DNA from: a bacterium
GTDB taxonomy: Bacteria; UBA8248
DNA: 64,000 nucleotides
Direction of reading: 5' to 3'
Assembly: GCA_965199855.1 (NCBI GenBank)
Contig: OZ241326.1
Location: forward strand, 2,656,001-2,720,000
Both the position numbers and the translations under genes were made by a program. A model generated the notes under the pieces. That model ran no database searches. It was not told where the DNA came from and saw only the letters and a list, made by a program, of their open reading frames with translations. Shown here one piece after another: positions 8,864 through 19,900 of this stretch (its first letter is position 1; the number at the start of each line of letters is the position of its first letter).

Positions 8864-9553
8864 CTATTCGTTCAGCGCGAAAATCCGGGAGGCGACCTCG
8901 CGGCCCAGCGTATGCCTGTCGCCGTTCACCAGCAGCGTCACCGTGCCCGCGAGGGGCGACTGTTCAATGACTTCGATGGGCGTTTCGGGGAAGAAGCCGC
9001 GCTCGCCCAGGTGCCGCAGGACGGCCGGATCGTCCTGGAGGACGCGGGTGATCTTCGTGGGGCGGCCCGCCTCAAGAGCGACGAGGACGATTTCCTTCGT
9101 GTCGATGATGACGCCGTCCTTCGCGGGGATGGGGTCGCCGTGGGGGTCGAGGGTGGGGTAGCCCAGCTCCTTGTCCAGGACGGCCTCCAGCTCCTCGCTC
9201 AGGACGTGCTCGAGCTCCTCGGCCTCCGCGTCCACCTTGTCCCAGTCGATCCCCATCTTCTGGTTCAGATACAATTCGAGCAGGCGGTGATGCCGGATGA
9301 TCTCCAGGGCGACCTTCTCGCCCCTCCTGCTCAGGACGACGCCCTTATACGGCGTGTAGGCGAGCAGGCCCATCTGGTCGAGCTTCTTGATCATGCTCGT
9401 CGCCGAGGCGCCCGAGATGGCCATGCGCCCGGCGATGGCGCTCGTCGAGACGGGGGAGGCCTCCTGCTGCAGCTTGAAGATGTTTTTCAGATAATCCTCG
9501 ATCTGCTTGCTCAGGCGCAGCGTCGATTCGGGCAAGGGAGCGTCCCCCGTCAT
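8864..9553 (-). CDS. DtxR/MntR-family metal-dependent regulator with FeoA domain
   Basis: EDYLKNIF, RHHRLLE, EAEELEH, DPHGDPIP. Confidence 0.92.
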   Translation of the reverse strand: MTGDAPLPESTLRLSKQIEDYLKNIFKLQQEASPVSTSAIAGRMAISGASATSMIKKLDQMGLLAYTPYKGVVLSRRGEKVALEIIRHHRLLELYLNQKMGIDWDKVDAEAEELEHVLSEELEAVLDKELGYPTLDPHGDPIPAKDGVIIDTKEIVLVALEAGRPTKITRVLQDDPAVLRHLGERGFFPETPIEVIEQSPLAGTVTLLVNGDRHTLGREVASRIFALNE

Positions 9554-9630
9554 CCGCGCGAAGAAAAATGAGGGCGATCCTAGAAGCGGCGCTTTCGGGT
9601 GTCAACCGCCCGAAAGCGCCCTACGGCCGC

Positions 9631-10740
9631 TCATTCGTAGAGGAACCTGGCCTCGATGCGCAGGGGCGCGCGCTTGATGCCCGGAGGCAGAGGCTCGAAG
9701 GGCGCCGCCTTGGTGACGGCGGCCTGCGCCAAGTCGTCCAGAATCTTGGCGCCCGAGGAGCTGGTCACGCGCACCGCCCCCAGCGTCCCGTCCTTTCGCA
9801 GCGCGAAGACCAGCGAGAGGCGCCCCCTGTATCTCTGCGCCTCGACGGGCCATATCCAGGCGCCGTAGATTCTTCTCTTGATGTGGGCGAAGTAGGCGGC
9901 GTATCGGGAATCGCGCGTGTCGAGCGAAACGACCTCCCCCGCTCCCTCCGCCTCACTGTCCGCGCTTCTCTTCGCGATTCTGTCCAGATGCTCATCCGAA
10001 AGGTCGAGGCTGGGCGCGCGGGGCTTTCCCTCGGGCCGCGGCTTCACCCGGAACATCGCCAGCGGATCCGCGGGCGCGGGCGGCCGGGGCGCGGGACGCC
10101 GCGGCCGGGGAGGCGGCCGAAGGGCGGCGACTTTCACCCTCTCTTTCGGCTTTCTCGCGGGCCGGGCCTTCCTTTTCACCCTCGGCGGCTCCTTCCTGAC
10201 GACCCGCCTTCGGGCTTTCTTCCGAACCGCCGGCGCGGGCCTGGCTCTCCTTCGGCGGGGCTTTTTCGCCGCCCTGGGCTTTCGCTTCTCCGACGCCGCC
10301 GAAGGCTTCCGCGCCTTTTCAGGCTCGCGATCGGGCGGGGCGGCGGGCGGAGGCGCGGGCGGAGCGGGAGGCCGCGACTCGGGAGGCGGCAGCGCCGCGA
10401 CCCTGGGGGCGGGCGCGCCCCGGCGGGCGGCAAGCCGCTCCTCGCGCTCGCGTCTCAGACGCGGAGGCTTCGCCGGCGCGCCCGCGCCGCTTTCCTTGCG
10501 GTTGGCGTTCGACAGGAACCGGCTATCGGGATTGGGGGGGCGCTTTTCGGCGGGCTTCTCCTCGACGGACACGACGCGGAATTTCAGGGGCCGGCCCGGC
10601 CGGGGGCGCTCTTTCCACAAAGCCTCGCGGCTGGACGCGGCGAACACCAGCAGGTGCAGCAGCAGCGACGCCAGCAGAAGGGTGAAGGGGAGCCTTTTCG
10701 ACTCGCGTCTCGCCATGAATTTCCCTTTGCCCATCCTCAT
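9631..10740 (-). CDS. TonB-family energy transducer
   Basis: TM with SLLLH, Pro/Lys/Arg-rich linker, C-terminal SSGAKILDDLA...AAPFEPLP. Confidence 0.8.
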   Translation of the reverse strand: MRMGKGKFMARRESKRLPFTLLLASLLLHLLVFAASSREALWKERPRPGRPLKFRVVSVEEKPAEKRPPNPDSRFLSNANRKESGAGAPAKPPRLRREREERLAARRGAPAPRVAALPPPESRPPAPPAPPPAAPPDREPEKARKPSAASEKRKPRAAKKPRRRRARPAPAVRKKARRRVVRKEPPRVKRKARPARKPKERVKVAALRPPPRPRRPAPRPPAPADPLAMFRVKPRPEGKPRAPSLDLSDEHLDRIAKRSADSEAEGAGEVVSLDTRDSRYAAYFAHIKRRIYGAWIWPVEAQRYRGRLSLVFALRKDGTLGAVRVTSSSGAKILDDLAQAAVTKAAPFEPLPPGIKRAPLRIEARFLYE

Positions 10741-10848
10741 CCGCGGGAGGGCGAACCGGCGGCCCGATCCGTCGAAAGCGCTCCGTCCCCGCGAATCTTA
10801 GGAGAGGCGCGGCTTCGCTTCAAGGCGCCCCGAAAGCGGACTTCGGCG

Positions 10849-10885
10849 AAAAAAGAGGGGCCTCCCGGAGGAGGCCCCTCTTTTG
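10849..10885 (-). terminator. Intrinsic terminator downstream of groEL (bidirectional form)
   Basis: AAAAAAGAGGGGCCTCC-CGGA-GGAGGCCCCTCTTTT. Confidence 0.85.
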
Positions 10886-10904
10886 AAGCGCGAAGACGAT
10901 CTAT

Positions 10905-12891
<1,987 letters not shown>

Positions 12892-13009
12892 CACTTCCTC
12901 CCTCGCAAAAATGGAGACGTTCCCCCGCATCGGGGGGCCTGACTGAAAACGACCGGAATCCCTCGCGGGCCGCCGAGCGAATCGCCGCCCCGCCTCTTTT
13001 CGCCGCGAA

Positions 13010-13037
13010 TTTATAGGGAAACGAAAACCTTTGTCAA
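13010..13037 (-). promoter_or_regulatory. Sigma-70-type promoter of groESL
   Basis: Minus strand TTGACA-N16-TATAAA. Confidence 0.65.
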
Positions 13038-13043
13038 GCAAAA

Positions 13044-13070
13044 TCAGCACTCAATCCGCGCGAGTGCTAA
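13044..13070 (-). promoter_or_regulatory. CIRCE element (HrcA operator)
   Basis: Minus strand TTAGCACTC-N9-GAGTGCTGA, one mismatch to the CIRCE consensus. Confidence 0.95.
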
Positions 13071-13316
13071 CAATCGAATTTCATCAAGCAATTATTTGAT
13101 TTTCTTCCGATTATTTCCGGGAGGCGAAGCGATCGCGAGGCCGGCGCGAAAAATTTCCTGAAATTTTCACGAAATTCCGGCCCCCTCCCCCCGCGCCTCC
13201 GGGTGACGGGCGCCGATCGATGGGCTATCTTCCTGCGAAGCGCGGCCCGGACATTCCCGCCGGGCGAAGCCGCATTCACCAAGCCCGCAGCGCCAACGCG
13301 AAAGGAGCGTCCCGAA

Positions 13317-14093
13317 ATGCCCTACGAGAACCTGATCGTCGAGAAAGAGCGGGGAATCGCCCTCATCACCATCAACCGCCCCGAGAAGCGAAACGCCCTC
13401 GATCCCCGGACGTGGAGCGAGGTGGACGCCGCCGCGCAGGCGCTCGAAGCGGACGGCGCGGTCCAAGTCCTCATCTTCACGGGCGCGGGGGAGAAATGCT
13501 TCGCCGCAGGCTCGGACATCTCCCGAATCAGGGAGCGGGGCCTCATCGACGGCCTCGCCGCCTCCTCCCAGCGTGCCCTCGCGCGGCTCGAGGCGGTCGA
13601 GAAGCCCACCATCGCCGCCGTCAACGGCTTCGCCCTGGGCGGCGGCTGCGAGCTTTCGATGGCGTGCGACATCCGCATCGCCGGCGAGAACGCCCGGTTC
13701 GGCCAGCCCGAGGTGAGCCTGGGCATCATGCCGGGGGCAGGCGGCACCCAGCGGCTCGCCTCCCTCGTGGGCGCCGGACGGGCGAAGGAGCTGATTCTGA
13801 CGGGCGACGTCATCGACGCGCGCGAGGCGCACCGCATCGGGCTGGTCAACCGGGTCGTCCCGGCGGAGCGGCTACTGGAGGCCGCCCGGGAATGCGCCCG
13901 CAAGATGATGAGCAAGGGCCCCCTGGCGGTGCGCATGGCGAAAATCGCCGTCAACGCGGGCCTCAGGTTCGGCCCCGAGGCCGGCATGATCGCCGAGCGG
14001 CTGGGGCAGGCCTGCCTGATGACGACCGAGGACAAAATCGAGGGAACCTCCGCCTTCCTGGAGAAGCGCGCCGCCGCCTTTCAGGGGAAGTAG
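13317..14093 (+). CDS. Enoyl-CoA hydratase/isomerase (crotonase)
   Basis: NRPEKRNAL, FAAGSDI, GFALGGGCEL, FGQPEV, PGAGGTQRL. Confidence 0.93.
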   Translation: MPYENLIVEKERGIALITINRPEKRNALDPRTWSEVDAAAQALEADGAVQVLIFTGAGEKCFAAGSDISRIRERGLIDGLAASSQRALARLEAVEKPTIAAVNGFALGGGCELSMACDIRIAGENARFGQPEVSLGIMPGAGGTQRLASLVGAGRAKELILTGDVIDAREAHRIGLVNRVVPAERLLEAARECARKMMSKGPLAVRMAKIAVNAGLRFGPEAGMIAERLGQACLMTTEDKIEGTSAFLEKRAAAFQGK

Positions 14094-14177
14094 AAAGCGC
14101 GCGGGTTCGCCCTCCCGGCGCGCCGCGCGAGAGCGGCGGCCGGCCGCGCCCCGCCGGCTCCCTCGGCGAACGCCCTC

Positions 14178-14468
14178 CTACGACGTCTCGTCATAGGAGA
14201 GGAACGTTACATCCGCCGCCTTGTTCCGTTCGGGAATCAGCGCCTGGTAGGCGTCTGAATCATACCACTTGCCCACCGCCTCCTGGTCGGGGAACTTCAG
14301 GAGGACGAACGTGCTCCCGTCGTGCTCGCCGTTGAGAACCCTCGCGAGCTTTCCGCCCATGACGACCTCGCCGCCGGCGGCGGCGACGATCTTGAGTCCC
14401 CTCTCGGCGTAGCTGTTGAATCCCTCTTCGTCCCTGATCTCGAAGTGCCCGACCACGAATGCGCTCAT
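14178..14468 (-). CDS. DUF1330-family small protein
   Basis: MSAFVVGHFEIRDEEGFNSY...FPDQEAVGKWYDSDAYQ; GGGAG RBS. Confidence 0.8.
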   Translation of the reverse strand: MSAFVVGHFEIRDEEGFNSYAERGLKIVAAAGGEVVMGGKLARVLNGEHDGSTFVLLKFPDQEAVGKWYDSDAYQALIPERNKAADVTFLSYDETS

Positions 14469-14732
14469 GTTCGCTCCCCCTTCGGAAATGGGCCGCCCGC
14501 CCGAAGCGACCCGGGAAAAGAGAATTTCGTGCCTTGTCCCCGAGCGGTTCAGGGTTCCACAAAAGGGATTCGGAAGCAACGCCGCAAAGCGCGCGGCCTG
14601 AATCGGCCCGTCACGGCCGGCGATTCCGCCGCCGCCTTGTCCCGCCGGGCGATTCCTGCTACATATCCCCTTCCGAAGCGGAAACCCCCTTTCGGGAAGC
14701 ATTCTCACCACTCGCAACGGGAGCGACGCACA

Positions 14733-15347
14733 GTGTCGAATCAGGGAAGCATCCACGAACGCGCGGGCGGGGCGCGGAAGCCGGGGGGCGCGAGGGCGCG
14801 CCGGGCGGCGTTCGGGCGCCGCGCCCTCCTCCTCATGGCCGCCGCGCTTCTGGCGGCGGGCGGCGCGCAGGCCGCGCAGACCCGGAAGCCGAGCGCCTTC
14901 TCGGAGACCTACGGCGACTGGCGGGTGAACTGCGGCGGCGTCCCGGAGAAGGGCGCCCGCCAGTGCGCCATGGAGCAGCAGCTCCACGTCCGCGACGACA
15001 AGACGGGCCGCTCGCACCGCCTGATGATCGTGACGCTGGCGGCGCCCAAGAAGGACGGCGCCGCCGAGCTGAGCGCGCTGACCCCCTTCGGCCTCCTGCT
15101 GGCGAGCGGGGCGAAGCTGCGAATCGACGGGGGCGAGCCCCTCGGCCCGCTCCCCTTCTGGACCTGCCTGCGGCGCGGCTGCGTGCTTCGAGGCCCGCTC
15201 GACCCGGCGAAGATGGCGCTGCTCCGGAAGGGAAAGAAGGTCAAGCTCGAGATGACCACCACCGCGCGGAAGTCTTTCGACGTGACCATCTCGCTCAAGG
15301 GCTTCACGGACGCCTTCGCCCGACTGAAGAACGCCGCCGCGCGCTGA
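14733..15347 (+). CDS. Invasion-associated locus B (IalB)-family exported protein
   Basis: Signal peptide, then ETYGDWRVNC...C...PFGLLL...C..GC...SLKGFTDA. Start uncertain. Confidence 0.8.
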   Translation: MSNQGSIHERAGGARKPGGARARRAAFGRRALLLMAAALLAAGGAQAAQTRKPSAFSETYGDWRVNCGGVPEKGARQCAMEQQLHVRDDKTGRSHRLMIVTLAAPKKDGAAELSALTPFGLLLASGAKLRIDGGEPLGPLPFWTCLRRGCVLRGPLDPAKMALLRKGKKVKLEMTTTARKSFDVTISLKGFTDAFARLKNAAAR

Positions 15348-15364
15348 GAGGCGGCAATCGCCGT

Positions 15365-16830
15365 CCCCGCAAACGGAGCGCGAATATGAGCTCCTTAAAG
15401 CGGCGGTGGCGCCGGTTTCGCAAGGCAGGTTCGTGAACCGCCCGTTTTCAGGAAGGGTTCGCATCGTAGGCGGCGGGGCGTTCCCGAACGCCCCCTACGG
15501 GATTATCGCGTCTCGCCGGCGCGGGATATTCATACGGCGGAGACAACCACAAGGGGCTGTCCCTACGCTCCTCCGGTCGGCGCGGAGCAAGTGCGGGCGG
15601 ATGCGCGCAAACGCCGCGGCCTTGCGAAATACCCCCTCCCGGCGCCGCCTGATTCCCATAATCTTTTTATTTTCAATGATTTGGTATTTTTTCGCGCTCC
15701 GAAGGGTCTTGAATTTGTCGAAAAAAGGCGCGAATTTGCGGGATAAAGGCGTGAATTTGTCGGATTTTGTCGAAAACGGGATCGTTTTCATCATGGCGCG
15801 GACGACGCGCGCGCGTCGCGCCTGCGGAACCCGCAATCCGGGGCCGGCGGGACGCGCCTTGACGCCGGCGGGGAAATGACGGATTCCGCAAACCCTCCTC
15901 CTCGCCGGAATTGACGACGCAGGAACGGCGCGGGGCGACAAACGCCCTGACCCACGCCCACGCCTTCGTCATCATCCGCTTCCCGAAGTCCATGCTCGCA
16001 GCCTCCCTCTCGCGGCGGATTCTCGCGCATCCGCGGGAAGACCCCATAACCGCAAATGCGGGCAAATGCGCGATCGATCCCGACGGGGCGGAGGAATCGT
16101 CCCGGCGAGGGCGGTCATAAGCAAAACCCCGGATTCCGGCCTTCGCCGGAATGACGGCGAAAGGTCAACCCCGGCGTCCCTTCGATCTGGTAGAGAATAA
16201 CATCGAGACGGCGGCGAGGGTTTCCCCTCCGGCGCGCGCCGCCGCAAAACCCGTCATTCCGGCGAAGGCCGGAATCCGGAACCGGGGCGCGCGGCGGCAA
16301 ACGGGCGTTCCCGGTCAATCCATGCGCGGGTTCATGGTTTCGTAGGGGCGGCCCCTCCCCGGGGCCGCCCCACAATTCGGGAACCGCCCGTTTTTTTGAC
16401 GACACGGCCCGCCCCCCGGCGATTGTCCGTTTGGTCGGCGCGGGCGGGTCGTTCCCGAACGACCCCTACGGAACGTTCGCGCCCCGGTGGAATGAGAACC
16501 CGGCGAAGGGAAACCACGGGGGTTGTCCCTACGGAGGGCCAAATCGCCGCGCGCGGCGGCATCGCCGGCCCGCAAACGGGGCCCTACGGTCGGATGGCGC
16601 GTAGGGGACGCATTCATGCGTCCCGCCCTTCGTTCGGCGGGGATGCGGGTTTCATGGTTTCGTAGGGGCGGCCCCTCCCCGGGGCCGCCCCACAATTCGG
16701 GAACCGCCCGTTTTGAAGGAAGACAATCAAAACCCTGGATTCCGGCTTTCGCCGGAATGACGGGCGCAGGGGCGGCGTTCGCCGGCGGGGGGATTCCGGG
16801 GCGGCGCGCGGCGGCGGCGGGGTTTTCATG
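15365..16830. repeat. REP/BIME-like palindrome mosaic containing copy 1 of a ~750-bp composite element
   Basis: Several GTAGGGGCGG..., GTAGGGACAACC... and GTCATTCCGGCGAAGGCCGGAATCC hairpins; ~70-bp near-exact direct repeat at 16326-16395 and 16645-16714. Confidence 0.85.
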
Positions 16831-16967
16831 TTTTATGTTTTGCGCAGGCGATTCGATCTACGAACGCGGGGCGGGCGGCTGGCGAGCCGCCCCCGTGAAA
16901 ACAACCGATCCATCGCGCGGACAAGCCGGGCGTCCAGCGGGGTCCGGGAGGGGCCCGGCGGAAAGCC

Positions 16968-19900
16968 TCAGCCCCCGCCCGTGCCGAAGGATTCGTTCTC
17001 GAGGCGGCTTCGCACCTCGCCCAGGGGGCCGACGTCGGCGACGAGGCCGTCCCGGTAGAGAATGACGTCGCGCGGGCGCAGCGGCGCCTTCGCGCCCGGG
17101 AGGATGACGCCCAGCAGGTTCAGCGGGTCGCTCGCGTGGACGATGGTCGGCCTGCCCCGCTTCGGCAGGCGCCTGACGGCGCGCAGGGACTCCACCGCCT
17201 CCGGCAGGGCGAACTGCTCGCCCATGAGGCCCGAGACGAAGCGGCCGCCGCGAATCTCCCCCCTGGCCTCGAGCCGCCGGAAGACGCGGACGAGCTCGCG
17301 CCAGCGCGGGGCGGCGGACTCGCGCGCGGCGAGCTCGCGCACGACCACGCCGTAGCGCCTCAGCAGCTGCCGCGCGAAGGCCTCGCGCCGCGCCTCCGCG
17401 TCGGGCGGGGCGTCTTGCGCCCCCCAGAGCGACCAGCGGCCCACGGGCAGGAACCTCTCTTTCGCCGCGCGCGCGAGCGCCCTGCCTCCCGGCAAGGCGC
17501 GCAGCCTGCGCTCGCCCCGCTTCTTCTCGCTCGCGCCCATGAGGAGGGCGCGCAGGCCCGCCACGCCGTCTCCCGTCACGAGGCCGCGCGCGACGAGCTC
17601 CCAGAGCGCCTCCTCGACCTCCGTCCTGAGCCTGCCGGTCGCCGCCGCGACGTCCGCCAGAAACGAGGCGCCCCGCTCCTCCAGGAAGTCCAGAATCGCG
17701 CGCGCGGCGGGCGAGAGATTCGCCGGCGCCTCCTCGCCGGCGCCCCGGGCATCCACGAGCATCGGCGCGTCCTCTCTCAGCACGAAGGCCAGCAGCGCGC
17801 GGCGGGTGGGCCGCGCGCTCCGGCGGCCGCGCCCGGCCGCCTCTCGCGGCGGGGGCTGCGCGCCCGGCCGCAGGCGTCCCCACGCGAGGACGCCCGAGAG
17901 GCAGAGCTCCTCCAGATCCGCCGGATCGTAATTCCGCACGCGGGCGGGGAGAACCTCCTCCTCCCAGGCGGGGGCGGGCAACTCGAAGCCCTGGAGCTGG
18001 CGAACCGCCTCGAGGACGCCCTCGCGCCCATGCAGCCGGCTCTCCTCGTGGACGCGCTGCCAGCGCAGGAGGCAGCGGATGAAGTCCGCGATCGTGACGG
18101 GTTCGATCTCGCGCCTGAGCTTTCCGAGCGTCCCGCGGTGGATGCGGCCCAGCAGGGCGCGGTCGCACCACTCGACGGGCGCTCCGGGCGAGAGGTCGGC
18201 GAAGCGGCCCCGCAGAACCGTCCCCTCTCCCTCAAGGGCCGCCAGGGCGATTTCCGCGTCTGAAACATCCAGCCCGACGCGGGCGGCGAGCGCCTCCGCG
18301 CTCACGGGCCCCAGAGCCTCCATCCAGCCGCGCGCGAGGGCGAGGCGGGCCTCCTCGCCCGCGGGCGCCTCGTCCGCCTCCCCCCGAACGGGAATTTCCC
18401 GGGGCGCGAGCGCAACGCCCGGAATCGCCGCGCGGAGGAGCGCCATCCGCTCCGCCGGAACGAAGCCCGCCCGCCGCCGCCCGCCGCGCTCCCACGCGGC
18501 GCGCGCCAGCCGGTTCCGCGCGAGAAGCTCCTCCGTCCAGCCCGCCCATTCCCCGGCGGCGTCCTCCTCGGGGAGAACGCACAGGGACAGGAGCGCGTCG
18601 TGCGCCTCGTCCGCGCCGCGCGGGGCGGGCCACGCCTCCCGGCGAACCTCCGCGATGACGGCGGGGTCGAGCCGGGCGCCCTCCGCCCCCTCGGGCAGCG
18701 AGCGCCTGAGCGGCACGGCGCGGGAGCGGCGCTCCTCCAGCGGGGCGTCGTCGATGAAGGCGTAGGGGTTCGCGTTCAGGATTTCGTGGGACATGGGCGA
18801 GGGCGCGGGCGTCTCCACGCAGAACGTACGGACGCTTCCGCTCTCGATGCCGCGGAGGAGCGCGGTCAGGTTCTCGAGGTCCATCGCCTCGGTCAGGCAG
18901 TTCTCGACCGTCTCGTTCACCAGGGGGTGATCGGGCGGCTCGATGGGGCCGTGGTGGTTGTCCCGGCAGGCGAGCTGGGCCGGAAACACCGCCGCCAGCA
19001 AATCCTCCGCGCGCATCCGCTGAATCGCTATCGGCGTCTTCCGCCCCCCGCCGCGCCGGGGCAGGGCGAGGGCGCGCGCGGCGTTCCAGCGCCAGCGGTT
19101 GGCGAACGCGGGCGACTGGAGGGCGGACTGGAGCATGTCCTTGCGCAGCGAGTCCGGCCGCGCGAAGCCGAAGATCGCCTCGAGCGGGAAGCTGTGCTGC
19201 GAGGAGAGCGAGAGGGCGATTCCGTCGTCCGTCGCGGCGGCCTGGAGCTCGAAGTCGAAGGTGAGGCAGAAGCGCTTTCTGAGCGCGTGGCCCCACGCGC
19301 GGTTGACGCGCCCGCCGTAGGGCGAATGGATGACGAGCTGCATCCCGCCCGCCTCGTCGAAGAACCGCTCCGCCACGATTTCGCCCCGGGTGGGCACGCG
19401 CCCCAGCGCCCGCGCCGTCTCGCGCGCGTAGGCGAGGAGCTGCGCCGCCCCCGATTCGCACAGCCCGCACTCGGCGCGCAGCAGGCGCGCCGCCTCGTCC
19501 ACGGCCTCCGGGCGCGCCGCCAGCGCCTCGCGCAGGGAGGAGACGGCCTCGGAGAGCTCCTCCGTTCGCGCGGGCGCCTCGCCCAGCCAGAAGGGGATGG
19601 TGGGGGGAAGCCCCTCCGCGTCCTCCACGCGCACGCGGTCGCGCTCCACCCGCCTGACGCGCCAGGAGTGGTTGCCGAGCAGGAAGACGTCGCCCGCCAT
19701 GGACTCCACGGCGAAGTCCTCGTTCACCCTGCCCACGAAGGTCTCGGCGGCGCCCTCGACCACGTCGTAGTCCGCCGCGTCGGGAATCGCCCCGCCCGAG
19801 GTGATGGCGCACAGCCGCGCCCCGCGCCTCGGCCGCACGAGCGCGTTCACGCGATCCCGGTGCAGCCAGGCGGAGCGCCTGCCCCGGCTGGTGGCGACCC

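Noticed and set aside
16250-16770. Possible CRISPR array (recurring palindromic repeats with spacers)
   Set aside because: Repeats are of mixed types, orientations and spacing, the spacers are themselves repeats, and no cas genes are present; this fits REP/BIME.
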